From Octopus bimaculoides (taxonomy: Eukaryota), in assembly GCF_001194135.2 (NCBI RefSeq), contig NC_069000.1, forward strand, positions 10,060,746-10,124,745: a stretch of DNA of 64,000 nt, in the 5' to 3' direction. Below the pieces are notes generated by a model. That model was not told the DNA's origin and searched no databases. It worked only from the letters and a program-made list of their open reading frames with translations. Each line of letters starts with the position of its first letter. Positions within the stretch are counted from its first letter, which is position 1. Made by a program: the position numbers and the translations under genes. Below, piece after piece: positions 40,181 through 53,760 of this stretch.

Positions 40181-42165
40181 GACAAGCTTCTTAGCAGTTT
40201 CTGCCTATCAAATTGACTTGCAAGACTTTGAACAGCGTAGAAGGCACTTATCCAAGGTGCCATGCTGTAGGACTGAACCCAGAACCATGTGAACATCTGG
40301 CTGGGAAGCAAACACCTTACCACATAGCCATGCTTGCACTTATTCTGAAGACTTTTCTTTTTTCCATCCCCCTGTTAAATAATCTGAGCTGAAATGTTGC
40401 AGGTGTTGTTAACACTGCCTTCACCTCTTCAATGTTAATAAAATAAATACCAATCAAGGACCAGGATCATTCTAATATAATTGATTATAGAGCCCTAGCC
40501 CCACCTGACCACTACTACCTGCCCAACACGCACACACACACACACACAAATAAAAAAAAACAAAAAGGAGAAGATAAAGCGGTCTCGTGTCTCTGCTACA
40601 AATCATTATAATTTAAATTTTCAGAAGACTATTTCCCACCCCTATCGCCACCTTTCCAACTTCAAAATATCTGGTTTATTTATTTTCCCATTTTGAGGAT
40701 ATTTTCAGTTTCGATATGTGAACATAGATCACTTGAAATAATGAAGTAAGATATTACAAAACAGCCATTCTTTTTATTAAGTGACAGCTTTACAGTGAGG
40801 GGAAACAGGTTAATGGAAAAGATAAATTACAAATATATTTATTTCTTAAAGGAAGACAAAAAAACAAAAACAAAAAAACATGATTGACAGTTGATTAAAG
40901 TTGTTTACAAGCGAGCGTGTGTGTTTTGTGTCGAGAGTTGTAGGCACAAGCACGGTTTTTGTGTTGCCGAGAAGTTTTGTTTCTTATAGAATGTAGTTTC
41001 GGATTTGGCATTGCCCCATGCAGCTTCTTTGGACAAGTGTCTTGTCTTACAGTTCCACATCCTAGGGTTCACCAATAATTGATAACTTACGAATGGAATT
41101 TTGTTGATGGAAACTCAGAACAAGTTCACTGAGTCTGTTTATGCATGTGTACAGACACACATGTAGGCACAGACATGGCCGTGTGGTAAGAAGTTTGCTT
41201 CCCAACTACATGGTTCCAGGTTCAATCCCACTGCATGACTCCTATGATAGCGTTGGGTTGACCAAGGCCTTGTGAGTGGATTTGGTAGACAAATTTAGAA
41301 TACATTTTCCATACTGGCATGGGTTGGACAGTTTGATAGGAGCTGACTAATTGAAGGGCTGCTCAGGTTCCATGCCTGTTTTGGCATGGTTTCTACGAAT
41401 ATACTGGGATGTTGTTTTATAGCCAGATGTTTTTTTTTCTGTTGCTTACACAAATTCACAGGTTCAGAACCAGTGGATAATTTTTTGACCATTAAAGGAT
41501 TCAATTATATATCATGCACATGATCCCTTAATCTAGGGGAAAATTGACTTGCATGAAAGAGGTGTATTGTGTAAAAAAGGCTATGCACTGCTTCTCTATG
41601 CCATCATGTTCTGCCTGTTATCTTCTCTGATAATGCAACTTGCATCATTCTAGACAATCACTACCTTACAAAATAACATAATTCACACCGAATCAATAAA
41701 GGAGCTTCAAAGTGGTAGTCTGACCTGCTAGAAATAGCAACCAAATCTTCATTCCAATTTCAATTTAACACCTTAAGATAAAGAATGCTGGAACATCTTT
41801 GATAATAAACCTACTTCATCTGGATTGTCATGGGGCTAAACAACAACACAACAACAACAACAACAACAACAGCAGCAGCAAAGACAACAACACAGATGGA
41901 ACATATTCTACATCGCAAAAGCCAAAAACAACACTAAAAGTAACATCAGAGACAACGAAACGTAGTAGAGTACTAACGCAATCATATACACCCAAAGATG
42001 TGTATACATCACAGGAGCACAGAGGAGCACCAGGTGTTGTAATAAAAGCATGCATGAATCAGAGGAAGGAGAGGCAAAGGTGAGATGAAGGAAGAGGTGA
42101 AGTGAGGGGGGGGCAGGAGGAGGAGGTGATGGAGGGTGGCAGGAGGAGGAGGATGGTGTTGGTGG

Positions 42166-42196
<31 letters not shown>

Positions 42197-43283
42197 GTAC
42201 TGAGAAAGTTTAGAAGTNNNNNNNNNNNNNNNNNNNNNNNNNNNNNNNNNNNNNNNNNNNNNNNNNNNNNNNNNNNNNNNNNNNNNNNNNNNNNNNNNNN
42301 NNNNNNNNNNNNNNNNNNNNNNNNNNNNNNNNNNNNNNNNNNNNNNNNNNNNNNNNNNNNNNNNNNNNNNNNNNNNNNNNNNNNNNNNNNNNNNNNNNNN
42401 NNNNNNNNNNNNNNNNNNNNNNNNNNNNNNNNNNNNNNNNNNNNNNNNNNNNNNNNNNNNNNNNNNNNNNNNNNNNNNNNNNNNNNNNNNNNNNNNNNNN
42501 NNNNNNNNNNNNNNNNNNNNNNTTCTCAAGTCAAAAGATGTTTGGCAACTGTGGAAAATGCAAAGACAAAATAAATAAATAAATAAATAAAACAAAATAG
42601 AGAATATCTAAAAAAAAAAAAGAAAAAAATCAAATTTAGCCATTTGTAGTTCCAAATCAATAGAATCTTACGTAATAACAGTTGGTCAAGCTAACAGCAT
42701 AAAAATAACAAAAACTTCAAAGGGGACGAGGTGGGAGCAGATAATTGTGGAGATAATAAGGAAAATGGCAAAGGATGTTTGAAGAGAACAGGGTGGGAAG
42801 GAATATAAAAGGCAAGATAAACAAATGGACAATATATAAAAGAGGGGGGGGGAATGAAGAAGAAATGAAAACGAAATAAATATCCTTTGATAAATTGCAT
42901 AGAAAGTAGAGAAATAAAAATAGTTTGATTGGAAATTTGAGTCTTAATTTACTAAAATGAATCCAAAATTCTATTTAAAGAGAACCCACAAACATTTCTC
43001 TTAAAAATTACTTGTTTTAGTTTTATATCAATCCTTGATAGGATTGTCTAAACTATCCATCCAACAATTGAGAGAAATCGTTTGGAAATAGCACAAAACG
43101 GACAAAAAGAGCCAGAATGAAATAGAAAAGAAAAAGAAATCAGCATTTTGTCTGGATGGCAAATTGAATGGTGATGGAAGATTGAAAAGTCACTGAGAAC
43201 TGAATCAAAGAGAAGTTAGATGGTAGTAGTACCATGTACATGCAAAATTTTAAACCATCAGAAGACAAATGTTCTTCAAATCG

Positions 43284-43453
43284 CAGGCATAGTTGTGTGG
43301 TAAGAAGCTTGCTTTCCAACCATGTGGTTCCAGGTTCGGTCCCACTGTGTGACACCTTGGGCAAGTGTCTTCTACTATAAGCTTGGGCTGACCAAAGCCT
43401 CGTGAGTGGATTTTGTAGATGGAAACTGAAAGAAGCCTGTCATATATATATAA

Positions 43454-43485
<32 letters not shown>

Positions 43486-43605
43486 TTGTCCCCTCACCAT
43501 CACTTGACAACCGGTGTTGATGGTTTATGCCCTTGTAACTTAGCAGTTTGGCAAAAAAGATTGATTAATATCAGGCTTTAAAAAAAAATAGCGCTGGAGT
43601 TGGTT
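43284..43605 (+). mobile_element. Family A SINE
   Basis: GGCATAGTTGTGTGGTAAGAAGCTTGC head and CCTTGGGCAAGTGTCTT core. Confidence 0.85.
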
Positions 43606-43621
43606 CATTTCACACAATTAA

Positions 43622-43816
43622 CCCTTTAAGCATTTAAAGTGACCATATCTAGCCCAAAGACCAGACAGATCTGGCCTCTCAAATGTACCCTACAATGTCA
43701 TTCTAAAAATACATAATCACACGATCAAAATCTTGAAGCTACAAAATAATACATGGTTCATTCAAAACAGTGTGAATAGCATTATATTTGGCAAAGTAAA
43801 TCTGAATGTTAAAGGA
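43622..43816 (+). mobile_element. piggyBac-type MITE with TTAA TSD
   Basis: TTAA|CCCTTTAAGCATT ... AATGTTAAAGGA|TTAA. Confidence 0.82.
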
Positions 43817-44119
43817 TTAAATATCAGAAAACTACAGGAAGGAATTTCGATACAGGTACATTCCGTTTCCTTTTTTCCCATCCTTTTCCTGAAGTATTTG
43901 AATTTCAAATTAGTAAAACAGGAAGTGTTTTCATAAGCTGAACTGAAACATATTATAAAAACTGGAATTGTAATTTCCACTAAAATTAAAATAGATTTTT
44001 TTTTTCTTTTTGTTAAATTATTTAGATCATTTATTTTTAGTCATTCTAACACTAAAACTCATTTCAAGAAACCATTGTAAATTCAAGGCCATTCAACATC
44101 CAACCAAATCTTCCTGAAC

Positions 44120-44318
44120 CCATACCCTGTCCAATGTAATACTTATTTATTTGCAATGTCTTGGATCGATCATGGACTATCGTGTAGCTTTGAGATTTCA
44201 ATGATGTTGTTTATTTTTAGAATGACATTGTAAGGTAGATACGAGGCCAGATCTGGCTAGTTTAAACAAAACAGGTAGGATATTTTGGCTGCATATAGTC
44301 GGCTTAGATGCTAAAGGG
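44120..44318 (-). mobile_element. piggyBac-type MITE, one end eroded
   Basis: Ends ATGCTAAAGGG|TTAA; internal similarity to 43622 and 46566. Confidence 0.7.
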
Positions 44319-44627
44319 TTAAAAACTAGCTTAATAGATACTTCTTTCAACATTTCTATTTCATTTTTTCACAAATTCAATTGTGTAGGTTGAACATTAG
44401 AGAGGAAAAAAACCAAGCTGTTTCATACAATCAATAATTCTAAAGCAAAATTTTTTTATGGACCCTAAAACCCTTACTCAGCAGTCTTCATCATATTTGT
44501 CTTTTTCAGAGTGTGATGAGTAAACTCGCCCAAAACATATAATTTCAAAAACAGCTACAAACAAGTTTATATGTCAATTTTCAGCATCTCTCTCTCTCTC
44601 TCTTTATTTATTTATTTTTTTTAAACA

Positions 44628-45072
44628 GGCGTAGGAGTGGCTGTGTGGTAAGTAGTAAGTAGCTTGCTTACCAAACACATGGTTCCGGGTTCAGTCCCAC
44701 AGCGTGGCACCTTGGGCAAGTGTCTTCTACTATAGCCTCGGGCCGACCAAAGCCCTGTGAGTGGATTTGGTAGACGGAAACTGAAAGAAGCCCGTCGTAT
44801 ATATGTATATATATATATGTATATATATATGTATATATATATATGTATATGTATGTTTGTGTGTCTGTGCTTGTCCCCCCCCCACCAACATCGCTTGACA
44901 ACCGATGCTGGTGTGTTTACGTCCCCGTAACTTAGCGGTTCGGCAAAAGAGACCGATAGAATAAGTAAGTACTAGGCTTCCAAAGAATAAGTCCTGGGGT
45001 CGATTTGCTCGACTAAAAAAGGCGGTGCTCCAGCATGGCTACAGTCAAATGACTGAAACAAGTAAAAAAGTA
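44628..45072 (+). mobile_element. Family A tRNA/CORE-like SINE, full-length reference copy with central TA/TG microsatellite
   Basis: Head GGCGTAGGAGTGGCTGTGTGGTAAG...GGGTTCAGTCCC, core CACCTTGGGCAAGTGTCTT, tail GACTGAAACAAGTAAAA. Confidence 0.92.
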
Positions 45073-45689
45073 AATTATGCCCAGATATCGAGCTCAGAAG
45101 ACGACAATGAGTAATGAACCTTATCAGATGAGAGTGCAAGCTTATCTGATAAGTAAAAATAAAATTCGTCTGAAAACAAAACTTTTTTTCCCAAAAAAAA
45201 GGTTGCTAGGGAAGAGGTTCAAATACTATTGTGGATCACAAGTTTACTATTTTGCTTGCATGAACTCAAGCGATTCTTAAATGGACCCCTAGGGGACATA
45301 TAGATCCTGGTTGAAAAGCATTGGTTTGAAGTTAGTTTCACTTTACTTATATGCTGTATTCACAGATATAATAACTGGATAAAAATCTAAATTTACAGTT
45401 CAATAGAGTTTTAAGGTTTTTGTGTGTTCCGTGTAGTTTCTTACAATAACCTAATTAGAAAAACATGTAAACAAAAAAAAAATAAATAAAAGAATAAAGA
45501 ACAAAAATAGTAGAGTAATGTAGTAATCTCATTATGCAACAGCTGGTAATAATCTTCTAGGAATGAATGGGCAAATAATTAGAGCAGCAGCAGCAGCAGT
45601 GTCAGCAGCAACAACAAGGTTGTAATTATGAATTGCTAACAGATGTAGAAAAGAATGATGAGTGGAGAAGTTTTGTGTGTGAGTGAGTG

Positions 45690-45960
45690 TGTGTGTGTGT
45701 GTGTGTGAGGGAGAGAGAGAGAGTGAGAGAGAGAAAGAGAGAGAGGGAGACAGACAGAGAGAGGGGGGAGGAAGAGGGAGAGAGAAATGGGGAGGAAGAA
45801 GGAAGGTGTGAGAGAGAGAGGAGAGAAAGAAGGTGAGAGAAAAATGATGAAATGGAAAGAGAGGATTGGATGGAGGACAAGTGGAGAAGATAGTGGAAGA
45901 ACAGTAAAGTGTGGAGAGAGAGAGAGAGAAAAGTGAAGGGAAGAGGAGAGCGAGGAGAGA
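45690..45960. repeat. Long polypurine (GA-rich) tract; similar tracts at 13130-13395 and 47710-47990
   Basis: Almost pyrimidine-free on the plus strand. Confidence 0.85.
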
Positions 45961-46565
45961 TGAGACTGACACGATCTGGAGAAACTTCTAGAATTTTCTC
46001 TGAAAATAGCAATAAGACTGTGAAGACTGGAAGTGTGCTTCTCGGTGTTACAAAATCGCCATAAACTTCACAAACAGAAATCTTCAGGAACTACCATTAA
46101 ACAAACAGTGTTGGGAGTTCTTGAAGAACAAACAGAAATATGTTTGGTGAATGACGACGATGATGATGATGTGAACATGAAACCTGTAAGGTTGTACCAG
46201 TTTGGAAGGTAAAACCTGTAAAGGTTGTACCTTGTGATAATTGGAGCTTAGGGACAGTAAGTAATGGTGTAGACAAACGGATGACGCAGAGTGGAATGGA
46301 ATGTCCTGTAGAAAAGATTTTGCCTCTTAAGAACACGAAAGATTCACCAGAAGGGCTTCTGAGCACTTGATGGCTTTATTGAAATCATGTGAATATCTAA
46401 GGTTTACAGGTAGTAAACCGGAAGCCATTTACATTCTGCCAGGAATCAGACCAATTCTGAGTCAAGGTGGATAACAATATTGATATTCTAAGGCTAAATA
46501 CCAGGAAACCGAAAAGTATCAGAAACACAAGAAATTATTCCCATGGGTACTGCCCATGTCTTTAA

Positions 46566-46785
46566 CCCTTTAGCATTCAAATTGATATGTCAAAAGTAAT
46601 CCTTATTCATTTACATTTTAAAAAATCAATCTGGTATTATCCTGTAGCTTCAAGATTTGAAAGATGTTATTGTTTATTTTTAGAATGACATTGTAGGGTA
46701 GGTGTAAGATACTGGTTCTGGCCAGTTTGAGCATAAAATGAGTACAATATTTGGGCCGGATATAGCCAGTTTAAACACTAAACGG
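46566..46785 (-). mobile_element. piggyBac-type MITE with TTAA TSD
   Basis: TTAA|CCCTTTAGCATT ... AACACTAAACGG|TTAA. Confidence 0.82.
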
Positions 46786-47142
46786 TTAAGGTAAATACTA
46801 TCAACCTGAAAATAACCAGACTCTGTTAAAACTCTTTCAAAATTGAAATATAAATTAATTGAAATCTAGTCCCCCGTTCACTGGAATATATTACTGTTAA
46901 TCATAAGCCCCTGGGTGAGACTTGGAACAGCTAGTATAGAACAAAGCAAAAACAATGTAAATGATGATGACGATGATGATGATAATTGCCCTGATGCAAT
47001 ACCAGGCAGTGGCCCTTACGCTTCTGATCTTAACTGATTGGAAGTGTTAACATGTACAGTTTTGATAAAACAAAAAGCACTGGGGTTGATCTGTTTGGCA
47101 ACAATCTCGTCAAAGCAGTGCTCCAGTATGGTCAGTCTAATG

Positions 47143-47439
47143 CAGGGGTTTTCAAACTTTTTGACTTGCGGACCCCTTTATATTTCAGGCTTTACCTTAG
47201 GGACCCCCTTATAAACGCTTATGAAATTTATACATAAATATTTGCTTAAAATGACATATATTTTTACGTTTATTCATTTAACAGTATTTAACAAATAGGT
47301 TTATTGTCAATTAAAAGATTTCGATTGAAAAAGATATAAAAAAATCAAATTGCCCATAAAAAGTATTGCTGTCCATGGACCCCCTGTCTTATCCTTGCGG
47401 ACCCCCTGTGGTCCGCGGGCCACAGTTTGAAAACCTCTG
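47143..47439. mobile_element. hAT MITE with perfect 8-bp TSD, nested in a family A tail
   Basis: TIRs CAGGGGTTTTCAAAC / GTTTGAAAACCTCTG; GTCTAATG at 47135-47142 and 47440-47447. Confidence 0.92.
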
Positions 47440-49519
47440 GTCTAATGGACTGAAACAAGTAAAAGATGAAAGATAAAAGATATAACACTTCATTGTCCAG
47501 TTGGTCATTGCATTTCTTTTTCAAATGACAGGAGGTGGGACGGAGGGAGGTTTGGCTGCAGCTTCTAGAAAGTTGATTGACCACATTGAGGCTCTTCCAC
47601 TGGTTTGTATATTTGTCTGTGTGGGTCAGTGTGGTGTAACTTAAATGAACACATGACTTATTAGCTGGGGTGATGGGGAAGAAGTACAAAGGAGCCAGTA
47701 GTTTATGTGAGAGAGAAATAAGGAGAGAGAGAGAGTGAAATGGAAGAGGTTGCAAAGGGAAAGAGGAAAGGAAGGAGGTGGGAGGAAAGGCTATAAGAGA
47801 GAAAGAGGGAAAGAGAAGTGGGACAAAATGAGAGAGAAAGAGAGAGAGAGAGGCTGACTGGAGTTACAAGAAAATAAAGGGAAGAAAGGTGGGGAAGGAA
47901 GTGAAGGAAGAAACAGAGAGGGGGCAGAGAACAGAGAGAGGAATGGAAGAGGAGGGGGAGGAGAAAAGGTAAGAGACAGGACAGAGAAAGACACACTGAG
48001 CCAGGGCAAAAAAAAATGCAAATGTGGTTATTAACGTTAAATCAACTTTGAAATATCAATGAATAAATAAGAAGGCATTGACCGAACCGAACCGAACCGA
48101 ACCAAACCAAACCAGACCGAACTGAACAAATGAATAGAAGACTGAGATTTAAATAACAACAACAACAAAAATGACAAAAACAGCAGCAGTGGCTATCAAG
48201 AAGGGCCTTTACATGGTTGTCTGATCTGCTAGAAATAGCCATGTAAAATTATATCCTATGGTCTTAGCAAAAAACAAGAAAAAAAACAAAGGACTTATTG
48301 GACAGTGTAACAAGCCTTTGATGGAATGGTTATGGTTGGATTGCCATTGATCAAAGTCTTGTTGAATCAGGGTGAGTGGGAGACAAGAGTGGTGACAGTG
48401 GTGCTGAGAAACAATGGCAACGAGTAGTTGATAAACCCCCTTTTCCTCCTTGATTTTCAAGGGTAGTTAAACACAGGGGGGAGTATTTTGATATTTCTAA
48501 CTGCTTGTGGGTTCCATGCAGTCTAATGGGATATCTAGCATGAAAACGAAAGACAAAAATGATGCGAGTTATAGAGTAGAATCAGTGTAATTAGTGTTAA
48601 CGAAGAGAAGCAAATGGTTCGGAAAGAGAACAGAAAATATATCACATCTCTTACCACCCCATATTTTAACAATAATTATTTGCTGCTGAATTTACATCTA
48701 AGCGGTTGAGTATTCCACTGACATGTATATCCATAACACAATTCTCAGGCAGAACCATCATGACATAGTCTATGACAAGGTCCAGTCTATGACAAGGTTC
48801 ATATCTTTTTTAATTACAGGTACAATCCACTCAACAGGTTTCTATAGGATCCTACTATCAGGGCTGGTTTAAGACAAGAAGGCCCTAAGCCCTTTAGTGC
48901 CACCATATATATGTAATTCAGAATATAAACAATAATATACCATAGAATAAATTTTTTATTTTTCAAAATGAAACAGAACTAAAAACAAGATGGAAAATAG
49001 TGCTTATATTTGTATACTTCCATTTAATTTATATTTGAAAAGTTTTCTTTTTTTAATTGCAAAATCTTTGATCAGATCCCCAAAATTAATCTTATGTAAC
49101 ACATCTGCTTCTATAAGGCATTGGCGATTATCACAAGATGTTCTCATCTGACTCATGCAAGCATGGAAAAGGTTTATGTTATTAGGCCTGGCTCTTCGTC
49201 AATTATGATGATGAGTGTTCAGTTTGTGTGATGAACTGAACAACCTCCAAATGAAATTCATGGGCAAGTGGCTGAACGTTCCACAGACATGTGTACCCAT
49301 AACATATTTCTCAGAGAGATTCAGTATGACACAGAGTGTGGTAGGTGCAACTCATTTTTGGAAGCTGAGCAGACTAGAGTGATGGAAAATAGAGCATCTT
49401 GCTCAAGGACAGAGTGTGCTGCTGGGATTCAAACCCACAACCTTATAATTGTAAGCTGAATACTCTAAGCACTAAATCACATGCTTCCATTGGATGTTGT
49501 AATAAAGTTGATCAATATG

Positions 49520-49545
49520 TGAGTATGTGTGTGTGTGTATGTGTG

Positions 49546-49639
<94 letters not shown>

Positions 49640-49740
49640 AATACATATACGTATATATATATATACATAGATACATATATGTGTATATATACATATATAA
49701 TTATATATATACACATATACATACAGATATATAAATATAC

Positions 49741-49788
<48 letters not shown>

Positions 49789-50097
49789 CACATTCACACA
49801 TATGCCTTTATATGCAATTTCAAATTTATATATTTATCCACATACACAACTGCACACAGCTACTCCTTTAGATATTTATATATCTGTATTTTAAATTTTA
49901 TATAGATACATATATACACAAAAATGCTGCCAAGACACCCCTACTTCTTCCACTATCAACCCAAATATATGTGTGTGTGTGTGTGAGTGTGTGTGTGTGT
50001 GCGTGTATGTCTGTTATTTTACTGAAACTTCAAGTTCCTTCTCCACAATGGATAGTATAGTACCACTGCTGCTAGAAAACGTTTTATATATCCAAGG

Positions 50098-50131
<34 letters not shown>

Positions 50132-50409
50132 TGAAAATTCCCCCAGAACATGCTTTAATAACCAGACCAAGAACACGTATACACATATGTAAGTGAATTT
50201 CTAAGCCTAAACAGAATACTTGCTATGCTGTATATTGATTTTTCTCCAATCTGATAAAACCCACTCCAGCAGTCTATTGAAGTCAATCTGTATTTATGTA
50301 GGTAGGTAGATACATATGGACATATCCAAAATATACATGCACACAAACGCAAGCGTATCTACACACGAAATATATAAACATAGACCTCCTGTAAATATAT
50401 ATGCATGCA

Positions 50410-50447
<38 letters not shown>

Positions 50448-50466
50448 GCCCACACACATCAGATTG

Positions 50467-50512
<46 letters not shown>

Positions 50513-50678
50513 GAAAAAGATGTATATGCATATGCATGTAAATATATACTTGTGTGTGTATATGTAAGTATATGCATGCTTATATCTATATATACACTGA
50601 CACATCTATCTAACCATATGTATGTATATATTTGAATGTTAATATATACATGTATATAATGGATGCATGAATGTATCC

Positions 50679-50724
<46 letters not shown>

Positions 50725-50780
50725 AATGTGTATGTGTGTCCTCACAGATACACACAGATCTGCATACATGCACACATACA
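49520..50780. repeat. Dense TA/CA/TG microsatellite field; similar fields at 2700-2890, 15210-15310, 19578-19790 and 38020-38285
   Basis: Direct inspection; these explain the YI/CV/HT-repeat ORFs. Confidence 0.95.
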
Positions 50781-51515
50781 AGCATGCGCACGCAAACGAT
50801 ACCTGACAACGGTAGCTAATTTAGGAACTACCCAACACCCAGCTCCTGCTAATCTCTCCACAGACTAACACACTTTAAGGCACCTTTCACACAACATTTA
50901 CTTTGCATCTTCATTTCTTCGAATTTTCTCAGTTTCTCCATGACACCTTTTGCANNNNNNNNNNNNNNNNNNNNNNNNNNNNNNNNNNNNNNNNNNNNNN
51001 NNNNNNNNNNNNNNNNNNNNNNNNNNNNNNNNNNNNNNNNNNNNNNNNNNNNNNNNNNNNNNNNNNNNNNNNNNNNNNNNNNNNNNNNNNNNNNNNNNNN
51101 NNNNNNNNNNNNNNNNNNNNNNNNNNNNNNNNNNNNNNNNNNNNNNNNNNNNNNNNNNNNNNNNNNNNNNNNNNNNNNNNNNNNNNNNNNNNNNNNNNNN
51201 NNNNNNNNNNNNNNNNNNNNNNNNNNNNNNNNNNNNNNNNNNNNNNNNNNNNNNNNNNNNNNNNNNNNNNNNNNNNNNNNNNNNNNNNNNNNNNNNNNNN
51301 NNNNNNNNNNNNNNNNNNNNNNNNNNNNNNNNNNNNNNNNNNNNNNNNNNNNNNNNNNNNNNNNNNNNNNNNNNNNNNNNNNNNNNNNNNNNNNNNNNNN
51401 NNNNNNNNNNNNNNNNNNNNNNNNNNNNNNNNNNNNNNNNNNNNNNNNNNNNNNNNNNNNNNNNNNNNNNNNNNNNNNNNNNNNNNNNNNNNNNNNNNNN
51501 NNNNNNNNNNNNNNN

Positions 51516-51552
<37 letters not shown>

Positions 51553-51568
51553 CACACACACATATATA

Positions 51569-51948
51569 GTGGAGACGCAATGGCCCAGTGGTTAGAGCAG
51601 CAGACTCGCAGTCATAGGATTGCAGTTTCGATTCCCAGACTGGGCATTGTGAGTGTTTATTGAGTAAAAACACCTAAAGCACCAGGAGGCTCTGGCAGGG
51701 GGTTGTGGTGGTGAACCCTGCTATACCCTTTCTTTCACCACAACTTTCTCCACAACATTTCTGCTGTACCTGTATTTTAAAGGGTCAGCCTTGTCACACT
51801 CTGTGTCACACTGAATCGCCCCAAGAACTACATTAAGGCTACACGTGTCTGTGGAGTGCTCAGCCACTTGCACGTTAATTTCACAAGCAGGCTGTTCCAT
51901 TGATCGGATCAACTGGAACCCTCATCGTCATAACCGACAGAGTGCCAC
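51569..51948 (+). mobile_element. Family C SINE, full length, inserted in (TA)n
   Basis: Reverse complement of 16015-16400; box A TGGCCCAGTGGTTAG and box B GTTTCGATTCCC. Confidence 0.9.
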
Positions 51949-52824
51949 GATATATATATATATATACATATATACACACACACACACACATTAGAAAGAG
52001 AAAGATAAATAGACACATTTTTTAATAAAATTTCCTCTATACAAAATTTGAATTTTTTAGTATTTTATCAATGATGTATAATTTTTTTGTTATTATGTAA
52101 TGATAGTAGTGTTTATATGCTTCCATGTAACTCTTGTCACATTCAAAATTCTGCTATAAATCCTACTGCACATGGTTTATGCATCCATCCAACAGGTTGT
52201 NNNNNNNNNNNNNNNNNNNNNNNNNNNNNNNNNNNNNNNNNNNNNNNNNNNNNNNNNNNNNNNNNNNNNNNNNNNNNNNNNNNNNNNNNNNNNNNNNNNN
52301 NNNNNNNNNNNNNNNNNNNNNNNNNNNNNNNNNNNNNNNNNNNNNNNNNNNNNNNNNNNNNNNNNNNNNNNNNNNNNNNNNNNNNNNNNNNNNNNNNNNN
52401 NNNNNNNNNNNNNNNNNNNNNNNNNNNNNNNNNNNNNNNNNNNNNNNNNNNNNNNNNNNNNNNNNNNNNNNNNNNNNNNNNNNNNNNNNNNNNNNNNNNN
52501 NNNNNNNNNNNNNNNNNNNNNNNNNNNNNNNNNNNNNNNNNNNNNNNNNNNNNNNNNNNNNNNNNNNNNNNNNNNNNNNNNNNNNNNNNNNNNNNNNNNN
52601 NNNNNNNNNNNNNNNNNNNNNNNNNNNNNNNNNNNNNNNNNNNNNNNNNNNNNNNNNNNNNNNNNNNNNNNNNNNNNNNNNNNNNNNNNNNNNNNNNNNN
52701 NNNNNNNNNNNNNNNNNNNNNNNNNNNNNNNNNNNNNNNNNNNNNNNNNNNNNNNNNNNNNNNNNNNNNNNNNNNNNNNNNNNNNNNNNNNNNNNNNNNN
52801 NNNNNNNNNNNNNNNNNNNNNNNN

Positions 52825-52884
52825 CCAAAGCCTTGTTAGTGGATTTAGTAGATGGAAACTGAAATATGCCTGTCGCGCGCGCGC

Positions 52885-52915
<31 letters not shown>

Positions 52916-53070
52916 ATTGTCCTTACACAATTGCTTGTGTTTATGTCCCTGTAACTTAGCAGCTTGGCAAAAGAGACCAATAGAATAAGTACTAGGCTTA
53001 CAAAGAATAAGTCCTGGGGTTAATTTCTTCGACTAAGGGTGGAGCTCCAGCATAACGGCAGTCAAATAAA
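52825..53070 (+). mobile_element. Family A SINE (head lost in gap) with a (CG)7(TG)n centre
   Basis: Flanks match 44745-45060. Confidence 0.82.
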
Positions 53071-53760
53071 AGAACATATATATGTGTTTATGTGTGTATA
53101 TATAGATGTGTGTGTGTGTGTGTGTGTGTATCATATGACAATATTATAACATTGAAGTACAGTGGAATTTATAACATAATAATTTGATAGCTACTAAGTA
53201 TATTATATATTCTTTATCTTTTGTATATCTACATTACATTAAACAAATAATATTATGTTTCATATATATTTTATTAAAACAGTATATCCAACCAAAGCTG
53301 TTTCATTTTGTTGAAGAACATCCCAATAACTGAAACTCTGGTATTCCTTATCCACCTATAACAGGCACTCCGTTGGTTACGGCAATGAGTACCCCAGTCG
53401 ATCCGAGCAATGGAGTAGCCTGCTCATGAAATTAAGATTCAAGTAGCCGAGTATTCCGCAGTCACGTGTAAGCTTAGCATAGGCCTCAGGGAGATTTAGC
53501 ATGACATAGAATGTAACTGGGTTGGCCCTTTGAAATACAGGTACTGTTATTCTTTTATTTGTTTCGGTCATTTGACTGTGGCCATGCTGGAGCACCACCT
53601 TTTAGTCAGAGAAACTGACTCCTGGACATACTCTTTGTAAGCCTGGTTCTTATTCTTTCAGTCTCTTTTTGCCAAACTGCTAAGTTACAAGGGACATAAA
53701 CACACCAACATCGGATGGGGGAGGGATACAGACACAGACATACACACACGACGGGCAACT

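Noticed and set aside
46987-47065. 12-nt match (TGCAATACCAGG) antisense to U2 snRNA stem-loop IV
   Set aside because: The spacing of other U2-like words does not fit; too short to call an snRNA relic or guide.
49399-50868. YI/CV/HT-repeat ORFs (also 2606-2940 and 19530-19882)
   Set aside because: Translations of dinucleotide microsatellites.
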